Of a stretch of DNA of 64,000 nt, positions 28,946 to 39,075 are shown piece after piece; position 1 is the stretch's first letter; the number at the start of each line of letters is the position of its first letter. The stretch covers positions 100,108 through 164,107 of the IMG/VR virus record IMGVR_UViG_3300044451_000434; one strand, 5' to 3'. The DNA comes from a virus. The notes under the pieces are model-generated. The model saw nothing but the letters and a program-made list of their open reading frames with translations. It ran no database searches and was not told where the DNA came from. A program made the translations under genes and the position numbers.

Positions 28946-30741
28946 GTGGTTGCTATGGTGGTCGTTTCAAACCACTCCCCCACCTTTGTCCTGTCAAGAA
29001 TTTGTCTAACCATCACCCTGCCTCTTTCAGACATTTTCAAACTAGATCCAGAAGTTGAGTTCATTCTTATTTTTGCGCCAACTCTACCAGAGAATACTCC
29101 CAATTGAGGTATTTCTTTCATCTTACCTGAATATATTTCATACTTCCATCTGCTATGGGTGTTGTAACTTTTCAATTCGTCGACCAGGTCTCCGTCTTCG
29201 TTGTACACCCTCGCTTGAAAGTGTATAAATCCAAGAGCCCCATCCATGTCCTTCAGGGGAAACTCTGCAGTCCAAGTTCCTGGCTTCTCCACATTTATTG
29301 TTTCCTTTATCAATTGTGGACCTCCAGGAGTATATGATATAAAAGATGCAGAAAGTTTTTGATTTGCATTTAAAATGAACTCAATAAATGAGGGTTCAAT
29401 ATTTAAATCTGATTGACCATACGATATTTGAGATATAAAATGATTGTAACCCATCATCAAAAAAGAAAGTTTGCCCTTCGTGCTTACAACCCCGTTGTAT
29501 TTTGAAAAAGATGTTACAGTTTCTTTCATTTTTAATTTAAAAATAGAATCTACAATGTCGGTTGATGGTCTTAAAAAATTATTAAGAAATGAGTCTATCT
29601 TCTTTCCGCTCCTGTCCATCTTGGCTGCTATCTGTGATACCATGAACATGGTTTCTTCCAACATTTCCACGCTGTTCAATTTAAAATTTGCCACAGAATT
29701 TTTGACATTGAATTTTCCAAACGGACATCCTATGCATCCAAACGATGTGTCTAATATAGGGCTTGAAAGACACCAGGCCTCTCCACATGTTTCCTTTTTT
29801 GATACTGATATGAACATGGCTGTTGGGTGTGGAGCCCCTCCAAACTCATCGTACTGCCCATATGGATCCTGCTGCACATATGGGTCAATCATATCCGCAG
29901 GTGGTGGACCAACTGAGCCAATTATAAAACTATATCCAGCAGATGCGGCAGACACACACGGTGAAAAACCGCCATCTGACGGTCTCACCTTAGACAGGGA
30001 TCCTCCATCGGCATTCACAAATATTGCCCTCTTGTCAAATCCACTTACGAAATAAGATTCATTAGCCTCTTGCAAACCCCATCCATAAAAGAAACTGTCT
30101 CCTGAAATATAAGGGAATGAAGAGTCATAAGGTATTGGCTGTTCGACCGATCTTCTGTATGAAGGAAACATTTCAGGTGCTAGTCCATTTTCAAACTCCT
30201 GTAAAGATTCAGATAAATAATTACTTTTCTTTCCTCGAGGTGCGTGTGGGTCAAGTAGTAGACTTCCATACACATCAACCCCAGCAAGGTTTGAAACGGC
30301 CTGGTCAATCAACTTTTTTGATTGAGAAAAGGTGGGCATGTCTAATGAAGATGCTGGTATTATATTCAACTCATAAAGTTTAGATGCTCTGTAATTCCCA
30401 GAAGCGTGGAAGGCTTCGTTTATTTTACCTGGCTTAAATGGGTATGGACTTGACAGCCGCGAGCAGGATGAAATGTACCCACCATTGTGGATGAACGCCA
30501 CTGGCACCCGAAATCCGAGTACAAATGCACTTACGCCTTCTCTTCCTGCGTTTCTTAGGGGAACTTCTACGGTGTTCCTGAATTCTTCATAAGAACCCAG
30601 AATTGAATCTGTTGAACAGTCTAACTGAACGGCTCTAGATGAAGGGACGCCAAGGGCAGCAAGATATAAATGCGCTAGTTCTCTACTTTCAGAAACGTTC
30701 GCGTTGTACCCAACAATAACCTTAAAATATTCAGGCATCAA
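28942..30741 (-). CDS. TIGR03790-like protein
   Basis: N-terminus VIVGYNANVSESRELAHLY...EEFRNTVEVPLR...VLGFRVP resembles TIGR03790-family proteins. Confidence 0.55.
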   Translation of the reverse strand: MMPEYFKVIVGYNANVSESRELAHLYLAALGVPSSRAVQLDCSTDSILGSYEEFRNTVEVPLRNAGREGVSAFVLGFRVPVAFIHNGGYISSCSRLSSPYPFKPGKINEAFHASGNYRASKLYELNIIPASSLDMPTFSQSKKLIDQAVSNLAGVDVYGSLLLDPHAPRGKKSNYLSESLQEFENGLAPEMFPSYRRSVEQPIPYDSSFPYISGDSFFYGWGLQEANESYFVSGFDKRAIFVNADGGSLSKVRPSDGGFSPCVSAASAGYSFIIGSVGPPPADMIDPYVQQDPYGQYDEFGGAPHPTAMFISVSKKETCGEAWCLSSPILDTSFGCIGCPFGKFNVKNSVANFKLNSVEMLEETMFMVSQIAAKMDRSGKKIDSFLNNFLRPSTDIVDSIFKLKMKETVTSFSKYNGVVSTKGKLSFLMMGYNHFISQISYGQSDLNIEPSFIEFILNANQKLSASFISYTPGGPQLIKETINVEKPGTWTAEFPLKDMDGALGFIHFQARVYNEDGDLVDELKSYNTHSRWKYEIYSGKMKEIPQLGVFSGRVGAKIRMNSTSGSSLKMSERGRVMVRQILDRTKVGEWFETTTIATT

Positions 30742-31229
30742 CTACCTGTTGATCCAAAACCTCCAGATCCCCTCCCTGACTGAGAAATGGAATCGCATAC
30801 GAATTCCGCCGCCATGGGCATCATGGGCACAAGTTGAGCAATTCGGTCACCTTTCTTGTATTTCTTCATAATTTCAGGGTTATTTTGATTTCTGATTGGT
30901 CTAAATGCGGCAATTATGTTTCCCCTGTAACCAGGATCAATAAGACCAACAGAGTTGCCCATCACCAAGTCTGTTTTGCAAACGCTACTGCGCGGGAACA
31001 GCAGCAAACATGCACCAAGAGGATCGCATTTTACGCCAGTGTTATACTTTATTAGATCTACCGATCCGTCATGACCAAATATCACATCCCCATCATCAAG
31101 AGCCACTAGATCCCATCCAGCGTCATCTGGGTGAGATTTTTGAGGAGGGGTTGCACCCTCTTCAAGTTGAACTTTGATAAAGTGCTTCAGGTTCAAAGAT
31201 GTGAAAGATACATTCATATAATGATACAT
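30738..31229 (-). CDS. dut: Trimeric dUTPase
   Basis: Motifs AGWDL, PRSS, GLIDPGYRG, GDRIAQL, RGSGGFGSTG. Confidence 0.95.
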   Translation of the reverse strand: MYHYMNVSFTSLNLKHFIKVQLEEGATPPQKSHPDDAGWDLVALDDGDVIFGHDGSVDLIKYNTGVKCDPLGACLLLFPRSSVCKTDLVMGNSVGLIDPGYRGNIIAAFRPIRNQNNPEIMKKYKKGDRIAQLVPMMPMAAEFVCDSISQSGRGSGGFGSTGS

Positions 31230-31238
31230 TTTATATCC

Positions 31239-33779
31239 TCAGTTGCACTTGGTCCAACCACAAGACCTGCAGGTTACGCAGCCTTCCTGTCTGATCAGGC
31301 TGCACTTATCTTTATTTTCACAAGTTGCGCAAGTCTCTCCCGTAACTTCTGTTCCATCTGGGATGTATTTCTTCAAGGCTCGTGCAACAGACCTGCTGAA
31401 ATTGTTCATGTCTCCCTGAACCTTTTCAAGTTGCTGAACAATAAATTGTATATCTGCACCATGACGCAGGGCAGTCGAAATTATCCTTGTGAGGGCTGCT
31501 TCATCATCAGTTTCCTTTTCATTCAATTTGCTTATTGAAAGTCTGTTGTCAAGTTTGTCTACAAGGTCGATTCTGTATTTGCCCCTAGCTTCCTTCGTTG
31601 TCAGTCCTGAAATGAAAGACTTGGGAACCATCAACTCCTTGCCTCCTCCATCTGATTGGTTTGGGAGAGCAAAAACCTCATATGGCTTACCCTTAAGGAG
31701 CCCAACAAACACCACGAATGGCGACCCTTTAACCTGAATGTGATGAATATCGCAAGCGAGAGTCTCTGGTCTCTTGGGAGCTTTGGTGTTGATGATTTCT
31801 TCGTTCTTTGCGGCAGACGCCTTCTTCTCATCCACAAGAACGCCAGTTCTGCATCCATCGCGATAGATGGTGATGCCCTTGCACCCAGCCTTCCAGGCAG
31901 TTCTATATATCTCATCAACCGCATCAACCGTGACATCATTTGGCAGGTTTATGGTGGAACTGATGGCGTGATCTATATGCTTCTGAACAGAAGCCTGCAA
32001 CTTAACTCTCTTTTTCCAATCAAGTTCAGATGCAGTACTTCCTGCCCATGGGCTCTTGGCTATATCATCTTCTCCTGTGACATCCACCCACATCTTGACC
32101 TTTGGAGGATACACTTTAAACTCCATCCAATGGTCACCATTTTGGTCAACGAAATCGGATCGGAATCCAATGTCTCCTGGATTCCCCTTCTTTCTGCGGA
32201 TGTATGGTATTACCATAAACTGGGGCTCAATGCCAGAACTTGTCTGCGTCAAGATAGAAACCGATCCACATGGGGCGGTAGTTAGAAGAGCGATATTGCG
32301 TCTTCCATATTTCTGCATGTCGGCATAAAGTTCTGTATCTTCAGATTTTATTCGGTTTAAGAACGGATTGTCGGACTCCTTATCTGCATCCCAAACTGGG
32401 AAGGCTCCAATCTCCCTCGCCATGTCAACGCTGCTCCTGTAGGCAGACAATTTCATGGTCTTGTATATCTTTGTGATTGTAGATATTCCATCATCTGAAG
32501 TGTATGGCATTCCCAAAGCTGCAAGGGTGTCTCCAACAGCAGTCAATCCTGTTCCCGTTCGTCTCCCGTTTGATGCAGCACTCCTGATGTTTTTCCACAA
32601 CTCAATTTCCCGCTGACGAAATTTGATTTCTTCAGGATCTTTACTGACCTTATCAATTATTCTGTCGATACATTCGATCTCAAGATCCACCAAGTCGTCC
32701 ATCAACCTTTGGCACACGGCAACATGCTCAGAGAATAACTTGAAGTTGAATTTGGCTTTGCTAGTGAAAGGATTTTCAACATAACTGAAAGCATTCAAAA
32801 GCATCAGACGGCAAGAGTCAAATGCAGACAACGGAATTTCTGAACATGGATTCGTACTGATTGTCTCAAATCCATCAGACGAATAGCAATCAGCAGGGCT
32901 TTCCTTGATGATGTTGTCCCAGAACAGAAGACCAGGCTCAGCCATGTGGTGTGCATTTTCAACAATCAAGCGCCATATCTTCTTGGCATCGACACTCTTT
33001 CTGATCTTTGGCTCTTCCGAATTACACGGCCACTTCTGCTCGTATTCTTCTCCTCTGTCGACTGCCTCTAGGAAATCATCATAAAGCATGACTGAAATGT
33101 TAGCCCCTGTGACCTTTGTCGGGTCTCTCTTCATGACCGTAAATTCTTCGATATCAGGATGGTGGACATCAAGCGTCAACATGAGTGCACCACGTCGACC
33201 TGCCTGTCCAACCTCTCTGATAGAATTCGAAAATCGCTCTGCGAAAGATATCACACCGGTGCTTGTACGGGCGGCGTTTCTTGTGGAACTGCCGTTCGGT
33301 CTGAGGTTTGAAAGATTTAAACCAACTCCTCCACGACGCTTGCTGATCTGAACTAAGCACTCGTCTGCGGACATTATTGACCCATAAGAATCGTGCGGAG
33401 ATGCAACAACATAGCAGTTACTCAGGCTAATGTACTGCTGGTTATTGCCAATCCCGTACATCGGAGATCCCTGTGGCACTATGTATTTAAAGTGATCCAT
33501 CAGACTAAAAAGAAATTCAGCAGAATATGGATTCTTGAACTTTTTAGCCTCTATGCGTGCGAACTCTTTTGCGATCCTCCAGTGCATGTCCTCTGGGGAC
33601 CTTTCAAACAGGTTATTATTTCTATCTCGGAGGGCATATTTGTCCACGAATACTTTTGCAGACAAGTCATCTCCACCGAAGTAGACTGTGCTTGCAGTAA
33701 GAGCCTCCTGATAAGAATATGCAGCCGTTTCGCACGAGCCACATGAACCCCCGCCACAACATTTGTTTTCGTTTTTCAT
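31239..33779 (-). CDS. nrdJ: Class II (adenosylcobalamin-dependent) ribonucleotide reductase
   Basis: PQGSPM, SNCYV, RRGALM, TNPCSEIPL..C, TAPCGSVS, KGITIYRDG; C-terminal Cys cluster; no class I beta subunit nearby. Confidence 0.92.
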   Translation of the reverse strand: MKNENKCCGGGSCGSCETAAYSYQEALTASTVYFGGDDLSAKVFVDKYALRDRNNNLFERSPEDMHWRIAKEFARIEAKKFKNPYSAEFLFSLMDHFKYIVPQGSPMYGIGNNQQYISLSNCYVVASPHDSYGSIMSADECLVQISKRRGGVGLNLSNLRPNGSSTRNAARTSTGVISFAERFSNSIREVGQAGRRGALMLTLDVHHPDIEEFTVMKRDPTKVTGANISVMLYDDFLEAVDRGEEYEQKWPCNSEEPKIRKSVDAKKIWRLIVENAHHMAEPGLLFWDNIIKESPADCYSSDGFETISTNPCSEIPLSAFDSCRLMLLNAFSYVENPFTSKAKFNFKLFSEHVAVCQRLMDDLVDLEIECIDRIIDKVSKDPEEIKFRQREIELWKNIRSAASNGRRTGTGLTAVGDTLAALGMPYTSDDGISTITKIYKTMKLSAYRSSVDMAREIGAFPVWDADKESDNPFLNRIKSEDTELYADMQKYGRRNIALLTTAPCGSVSILTQTSSGIEPQFMVIPYIRRKKGNPGDIGFRSDFVDQNGDHWMEFKVYPPKVKMWVDVTGEDDIAKSPWAGSTASELDWKKRVKLQASVQKHIDHAISSTINLPNDVTVDAVDEIYRTAWKAGCKGITIYRDGCRTGVLVDEKKASAAKNEEIINTKAPKRPETLACDIHHIQVKGSPFVVFVGLLKGKPYEVFALPNQSDGGGKELMVPKSFISGLTTKEARGKYRIDLVDKLDNRLSISKLNEKETDDEAALTRIISTALRHGADIQFIVQQLEKVQGDMNNFSRSVARALKKYIPDGTEVTGETCATCENKDKCSLIRQEGCVTCRSCGWTKCN

Positions 33780-33824
33780 TTTTTCTCCATATTTCTTCTG
33801 ACAAATTAAGGTCTGATTACAAGA

Positions 33825-34490
33825 TTACGCTCTTACAGACGAAGATCTTTTTCTAATCATAGAAAGATATTTTTCTCTCCCTATTGCATATTTATAAAAT
33901 TTCCTTGTTGAATCGTAAACCGCTTCTGGATGGGGTGATAAGTTTTGCACTTCTTCCTGTGTGAAGTTTGTGAATATCCATTTTAGTCCGTTAACGCACA
34001 ACCTTGGTGTGTGCGGCTTCCAATCCCTGTTATTTCCGTAAAAGTCTGTCATGCGACCTTTTAAAATGCAATCCATGCCTAGCAAAAAGATAGGTTTGCA
34101 TCCAAGAGCCGCTGCAAACTGCACCGCCAATGGCCCCGTTGATCCTCGTCCATGAAGCACAGAAGGGTTAGAACTTTTGTGAAATTTTTGTCCACGAATA
34201 ACAAAGTGAGAAAATTTATTTCCTGGATCTGCTTTTGGCGTACATACGCACACTCCATCAAATCTTTCAAGATCCACTCTACAATCTTTCATCAACTCAG
34301 GATCTTGCCACATCAAAAAAGAAGTCTTTATAGCCCTATAAGACCTGTTGATCCCTATAGTAAGGAACGGCTCCACCATGGTGAGGTTGATATTAAGAAG
34401 AGAAGGAGCATTGCCTATGATAAAACATGGTGTTTCATAAAAAATTCCAGTCAATTTTGACAGTATAAATTTTTTCTCTTTTGCTGACAT
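33825..34490 (-). CDS. DUF115/MptE/Maf-like protein (possible sugar transferase)
   Basis: CFIIGNAPSL, TIGINR, ST...A...LGCKPIFLLGMD. Confidence 0.65.
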   Translation of the reverse strand: MSAKEKKFILSKLTGIFYETPCFIIGNAPSLLNINLTMVEPFLTIGINRSYRAIKTSFLMWQDPELMKDCRVDLERFDGVCVCTPKADPGNKFSHFVIRGQKFHKSSNPSVLHGRGSTGPLAVQFAAALGCKPIFLLGMDCILKGRMTDFYGNNRDWKPHTPRLCVNGLKWIFTNFTQEEVQNLSPHPEAVYDSTRKFYKYAIGREKYLSMIRKRSSSVRA

Positions 34491-34493
34491 GTA

Positions 34494-35375
34494 CTATGCT
34501 CTGTTGACTAAAACCCTCACATATTCAGATGTCTTAAGTTTTTTAAGAGCTTTTTTATGTATTTTAACAACATAAGAAAGATCAATTCCTAACTTTTTAG
34601 ATACCTCTTCTTTAGACATATTCTCTGCATATATCATGCTGCAAATCCTGCCTGCAAGAACCCCTATCTCCTTGCTGATCTCTAAAAACATTCGGTTTGA
34701 TGCATCTGTCTGAGAACAGGCAGTATTATCATCTGTTTTAAGAAGTATATCTTTAGAATCATGATTGTTTTTATCTTGAATAAAGATAGATATCAATCCC
34801 CTCGGAGTTCCGTCTTTCACAACCTTATCTGGTTTCTCAACTCCTGCTTCAGTCAAAATGTAAATGAGTTCGTTATCGGTCGGCTGTCGTCCATTCATCG
34901 TGATAAACTTTTCTTTATATACATCTAATATTGCCTGTCTTTGTCTGACCAGCCTAGGGGACCAAGTCGATTTTCTCATCTCATCATACATGGACCCAAA
35001 AAGTCTATATGTGGCGAATGTTTCAAATTTATAACCCTTGCTTGGATCGTATTTTTTTATGGCGTCCATGAGTCCATTTGCGGCGTAACTTTTTAGATCT
35101 TCCTTGCTGTGCTCTGGATGTTTGTAGTGCATCAATTCTGACAATTTATCAACGATATCATAGTTCTCTTCTGCTATGCGATTTCTAAGAATTATGTATG
35201 CATGCTGAAATGCACTGCCCGCACCCTGTAACTCTTTCAGTCTTACCCAACAATCAAGCGGAGTTTCTTTACGCTTGATTGTTCGATTTTCTCTTCTTTT
35301 TGGATGAGCTGTTTTCAAATTTAAGTCAATCTTTCCTTGGCAATAACTTCCATGCTGCAAATCCAACTGCGCCAA
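34494..35375 (-). CDS. Sigma-70 family factor, FliA/WhiG-like (start uncertain)
   Basis: Region 2 GLMDAIKKYDPSKGYKFETFATYRLFGSMYDEMR; region 4 MSKEEVSKKLGIDLSYVVKIHKKALKKLK. Confidence 0.88.
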   Translation of the reverse strand: MAQLDLQHGSYCQGKIDLNLKTAHPKRRENRTIKRKETPLDCWVRLKELQGAGSAFQHAYIILRNRIAEENYDIVDKLSELMHYKHPEHSKEDLKSYAANGLMDAIKKYDPSKGYKFETFATYRLFGSMYDEMRKSTWSPRLVRQRQAILDVYKEKFITMNGRQPTDNELIYILTEAGVEKPDKVVKDGTPRGLISIFIQDKNNHDSKDILLKTDDNTACSQTDASNRMFLEISKEIGVLAGRICSMIYAENMSKEEVSKKLGIDLSYVVKIHKKALKKLKTSEYVRVLVNRA

Positions 35376-35619
35376 GTATTGCAGTAAAAATGATTACATT
35401 AAAGCATGTCGATTGCACAGTGGATTCATTTTTAAATTCTTTTGATGATGTCGCGAGTGCCCGCTCGTGCTCTCCTTCATTCTCAAAATGAGCTGACTGC
35501 ATAACCTGCTTGACATTTTCTTCTTGCTTCAATTTAGCTTTGGCTCCCAACACCTCGTTATCTGAAGCACAGCATGAACTCATAACTATAGCTATGATAA
35601 TCATTATGACGATTCTCAT
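35326..35619 (-). CDS. Putative lipoprotein with C-terminal TM helix
   Basis: MRIVIMIIIAIVMSSC signal with lipobox-like Cys; C-terminal VIIFTAILGAVGFAAW then KLLPRKD. Confidence 0.55.
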   Translation of the reverse strand: MRIVIMIIIAIVMSSCCASDNEVLGAKAKLKQEENVKQVMQSAHFENEGEHERALATSSKEFKNESTVQSTCFNVIIFTAILGAVGFAAWKLLPRKD

Positions 35620-35621
35620 TG

Positions 35622-35966
35622 TCAGCTGTTCTTATCTATAGTGTTGAGAAAATCGATCATATAGAAACTTATGGCAGATGCGACTAGTCCGCTAAATGGC
35701 CAATATGACCACCCAGTCATAGACTTGCCAAACCACAATCCCCACATGAGTTCAAGCACGCCTGCCATCCAAAAGGAACAACAAACAGTGCACTCGAGCA
35801 ATTTTGCTGCATAACTTATGCGCAACTTTGTCATCATCCACCTGATGAAATTGCTTATGTGGCTCACTGGTGCTTCATCGCGCTTTTCAACAAGCACCGT
35901 TGCCCCAGCCACCCCAAGTAGGGCAAAACCCAATAACGACACGATATCTTCACCATTCATATGCAT
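35622..35966 (-). CDS. Small membrane protein (DUF1360-like)
   Basis: Three hydrophobic segments, LLECTVCCSFW motif. Confidence 0.6.
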   Translation of the reverse strand: MHMNGEDIVSLLGFALLGVAGATVLVEKRDEAPVSHISNFIRWMMTKLRISYAAKLLECTVCCSFWMAGVLELMWGLWFGKSMTGWSYWPFSGLVASAISFYMIDFLNTIDKNS

Positions 35967-36222
35967 CTATCATATACCTCATGCTTTGTATCCAATTTTC
36001 TATTGCTATTTCGCCACGCAACTCCATCCGCTTGGCAACAACCAAAATTGGAGAATTTTCCCAAACGCACACTTCAAAAACTAGTCCACTTTTTACGAGC
36101 ATATATGAGCATCTGTCCGCAGGTGTCCCTATAGGTGTAAAAAAAAACATCTCTCTCTGTTTTGGCCAATTTTTCCGACCATGCATGACCACCGTATAAA
36201 ATACATACAGATCCAAATACAT
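35950..36222 (-). CDS. Hypothetical protein
   Basis: Short ORF heading the minus-strand operon; start may be ~36187. Confidence 0.45.
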   Translation of the reverse strand: MYLDLYVFYTVVMHGRKNWPKQREMFFFTPIGTPADRCSYMLVKSGLVFEVCVWENSPILVVAKRMELRGEIAIENWIQSMRYMIDAYEW

Positions 36223-36270
36223 CCTGTCTAATGGGTAGGTGATAATGCATCATTATAGAAATTATATGAC

Positions 36271-36672
36271 ATGGAAGATGTAAAAAAATTAAAAATAATA
36301 GATTGTATTGGAAGAATTATTCCTGATTGGAGCGCAACTGACTTGTTCTCTCTTCCGCTGCCTTCAAATTACAATATTGGAAGAGAAATGCCACAAGGAA
36401 TTGTTTGTCATCTAGGTTTACACCCTCCATCGAGCGGATCATTTTTCAAGGTGAAAATTTTGTATAAGCCAAGAATACTTCACGATAATGTTCGTGATGA
36501 ATATGAAAAGTTGAGCAATATAATAGCTTCAGGCATGAAACTTGATCCTGGATCTAAAATTCCTAATTTTGTAAAACATGGAGATTTTGACGGCATTTGG
36601 CTCAGCGCACCTCGTACTCTTGTTGTGGTAAATCCCAGTAAATTCAGGATCTCTTCATACGGAGTAGGGTGA
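36271..36672 (+). CDS. Hypothetical protein
   Basis: 133 aa, first gene of a + operon. Confidence 0.6.
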   Translation: MEDVKKLKIIDCIGRIIPDWSATDLFSLPLPSNYNIGREMPQGIVCHLGLHPPSSGSFFKVKILYKPRILHDNVRDEYEKLSNIIASGMKLDPGSKIPNFVKHGDFDGIWLSAPRTLVVVNPSKFRISSYGVG

Positions 36673-37241
36673 TGTATAATTTAAAAAACAAAACACCATC
36701 AGAAAGTTACAAAGACCTTCTGCATGTCGACAATGGGGGCAACGGAGTCTCCGACCATGAACATATCCCTGTAAGGGATGGCGCAGGGAATGTCACTGGC
36801 ATCAGTTTGGGCGCTAGTAAGGTTTCAATTGACTTCGGAGGTGGACTAGCATCAAATGCAGTTTTTGTATCTCAGATGCACATGTGTGAATCAAAAACTC
36901 ATCAGTTATCAGATGTTTTAAATATAGATCTTGCGACCGATTCTGCCAAGTTGATAAATTATGAGGGCGATGCCAATGAAACGACAATAAATGTTTCTTT
37001 CTCTTCTTTGGTGGACATTTCAGGATCAGACACTGGAATTTTTGCCGAAACAAGATTAGTCATATCTGCAGGCCAAGATATAAGCATAAGTTTTTTGAAC
37101 GAAAATGGCGATACATTTGCCACCGTACAGTACACTTGGCCAAATTATCTTTCTTTTAAGATCGCGGGCTTCTTAGAGTCTGCAACTTCAGATCCTGTTT
37201 TCTTCATAACTGAAACAGAATCGTTTAGCCGCCCAAATTAA
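36669..37241 (+). CDS. Putative virion structural protein
   Basis: NLKNKTPSESYKDLLHVDNG...VRDGAGN start resembles phage fibre/structural N-termini; beta-rich. Confidence 0.55.
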   Translation: MMYNLKNKTPSESYKDLLHVDNGGNGVSDHEHIPVRDGAGNVTGISLGASKVSIDFGGGLASNAVFVSQMHMCESKTHQLSDVLNIDLATDSAKLINYEGDANETTINVSFSSLVDISGSDTGIFAETRLVISAGQDISISFLNENGDTFATVQYTWPNYLSFKIAGFLESATSDPVFFITETESFSRPN

Positions 37242-37245
37242 ACTA

Positions 37246-38811
37246 GTGATGGCAGTTTCAGGTAAAACAAAAGAAATAGTTGAAGCTCTGCTTCTCCCTC
37301 ATGAAACTAGGGGCGCAACAATTGGCTCTGCGGATGTTGTCCTAGCTTCGATTAATATGACATCTAATTTTAAATGCCTACTGATCTATGACTCTACCAT
37401 AAGTGACGCAGAGGCTCTCAAGTGCAGAACCCTAGTTAGGTGGCTTATGCGACCCACTGGACATTCGCTAAAGCAACTTGCTACCCCCGATAAGCATATT
37501 TTCCTAGTCAACTGCAAGCCTGCAGACGAAGACACGATTTTGAATTTTTTAGAAAACGGAGGGTCTTCTCTTCATGTGTTTTCGGGATGGTCAGATATTA
37601 TTTCTTCATCCATACTTCTGTGTGTTAGAGCCATACTTCACAGGATAGATGAAACCAATTCTAATTTCAGAACTTCTCTGAGCGCAGAGGTTGAAAGATT
37701 AGATAATATAGGGGTCTTTTCAACATCTGCTACTGGAGAGATGAAAGATACAATATTACTTGCTTCTTGGGTCGCTCGTCGACTTCTTCGCAAATTTGGA
37801 GAGATTGAGAATTTAGACACGCTTATCTTTGATGGAGATAACCCGTCATCGGTATCTCCATTGGTAGATGAATGGGTAGACAATCTCTTCGGAGAAGATT
37901 CAGAATTTCATGGGATAGACATGCTCCAATTGAGTGCTGTTTGTAATGACTTGATAATTCACGATATTAATGGACGCGTATTTGACGGGGGAGGAAATTC
38001 GCTCGCCTTAAATTTGAACATGAACAACAGTGGAGGCAAGGCTTCTGAAATAAATTTGGGATCTTTTACTTCGGCCGTAAAAAGCAACGCCAACACTAAG
38101 TTGATATACACATCACACAATGTGATACCACCTCCAAATTCTCAATCTCTCGTTCGTGAAGCAATTGTCAGTCTAAATCTTGACAAATTTGACGGCGCCC
38201 GAATTAAGGTGGCAGATGAGGCGTGCTGTATAGGGATAGAAATCTACAGTAAGACATTCAACACATCGCAAAGTGGCAAAGATTCAGTTCGCGGATCTTA
38301 CAATCCAATAAGAAACGAATGGGTTTATACGGATGATTCTAACAATATAATCTCAACTCCGTCCCTAGAAGAACCATTCTATTCATATGTTAATTTTGAT
38401 CCTACTGATCCCATTAATACAATACTTCATATTCCTGTTTTTAGGCGCAACTCCCCCTCCCCTATTCCTCCGCCAACATGGAGAGAATTCATACTTATAC
38501 TTGAGTATCAAGGTCAGGTCAGTAACAATTTTTTTGTTAATTTCTATCAGTTTGACATCCAGCCACCTTGGAGTCCTTCTCCAAAATGGCCATGCCTTGG
38601 AGCATTATCAGAGAATATAAACTTTTTCGATTGGCAACCAAAAAATTCTACTACTGCTGTTTATTCAATTCGCCTATTAAATCATACCCTGTGGGATCTT
38701 GATGCTGAAGCACGTCTTGATCCGGCTCAATACGCAAGCATGACCGCATCATATGGGGCATTTAAGTCTTTTAGTCGTAAGATATTTAGCAAACTTCTGT
38801 ATACCAAATGA
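37246..38811 (+). CDS. Hypothetical protein
   Basis: 521 aa ORF. Confidence 0.75.
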   Translation: MMAVSGKTKEIVEALLLPHETRGATIGSADVVLASINMTSNFKCLLIYDSTISDAEALKCRTLVRWLMRPTGHSLKQLATPDKHIFLVNCKPADEDTILNFLENGGSSLHVFSGWSDIISSSILLCVRAILHRIDETNSNFRTSLSAEVERLDNIGVFSTSATGEMKDTILLASWVARRLLRKFGEIENLDTLIFDGDNPSSVSPLVDEWVDNLFGEDSEFHGIDMLQLSAVCNDLIIHDINGRVFDGGGNSLALNLNMNNSGGKASEINLGSFTSAVKSNANTKLIYTSHNVIPPPNSQSLVREAIVSLNLDKFDGARIKVADEACCIGIEIYSKTFNTSQSGKDSVRGSYNPIRNEWVYTDDSNNIISTPSLEEPFYSYVNFDPTDPINTILHIPVFRRNSPSPIPPPTWREFILILEYQGQVSNNFFVNFYQFDIQPPWSPSPKWPCLGALSENINFFDWQPKNSTTAVYSIRLLNHTLWDLDAEARLDPAQYASMTASYGAFKSFSRKIFSKLLYTK

Positions 38812-39075
38812 TCATCGGATGGGCATCATGGAATGCGCCAAAGATTTTGCAGCAGCAATTGGTATTTTTCCGGTCTCTTTCAGCGCAGCACATATTTCAT
38901 ATTCATTATTTGCGTGCTCTACAACTGATGCAATCTTTATGGCGTCGTCATCGGATATGCTGACTCCGACACAACTTGCTATCAATTTCTTTATGTTTTT
39001 TGGAGACTTAGCCAACATGGATCCATGCATATCTGCTATCCTCTCCAACTGTCTCTGATACCAGTTATTTTTCAA
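38812..39075 (-). CDS. Hypothetical protein
   Basis: MKNNWYQRQLERIA start; coupled to SOD. Confidence 0.6.
   Translation of the reverse strand: MKNNWYQRQLERIADMHGSMLAKSPKNIKKLIASCVGVSISDDDAIKIASVVEHANNEYEICAALKETGKIPIAAAKSLAHSMMPIR

Noticed and set aside
11319-33779. Inteins or introns in terL and nrdJ
   Set aside because: Both are continuous ORFs of ordinary length without intein splice motifs or LAGLIDADG blocks.
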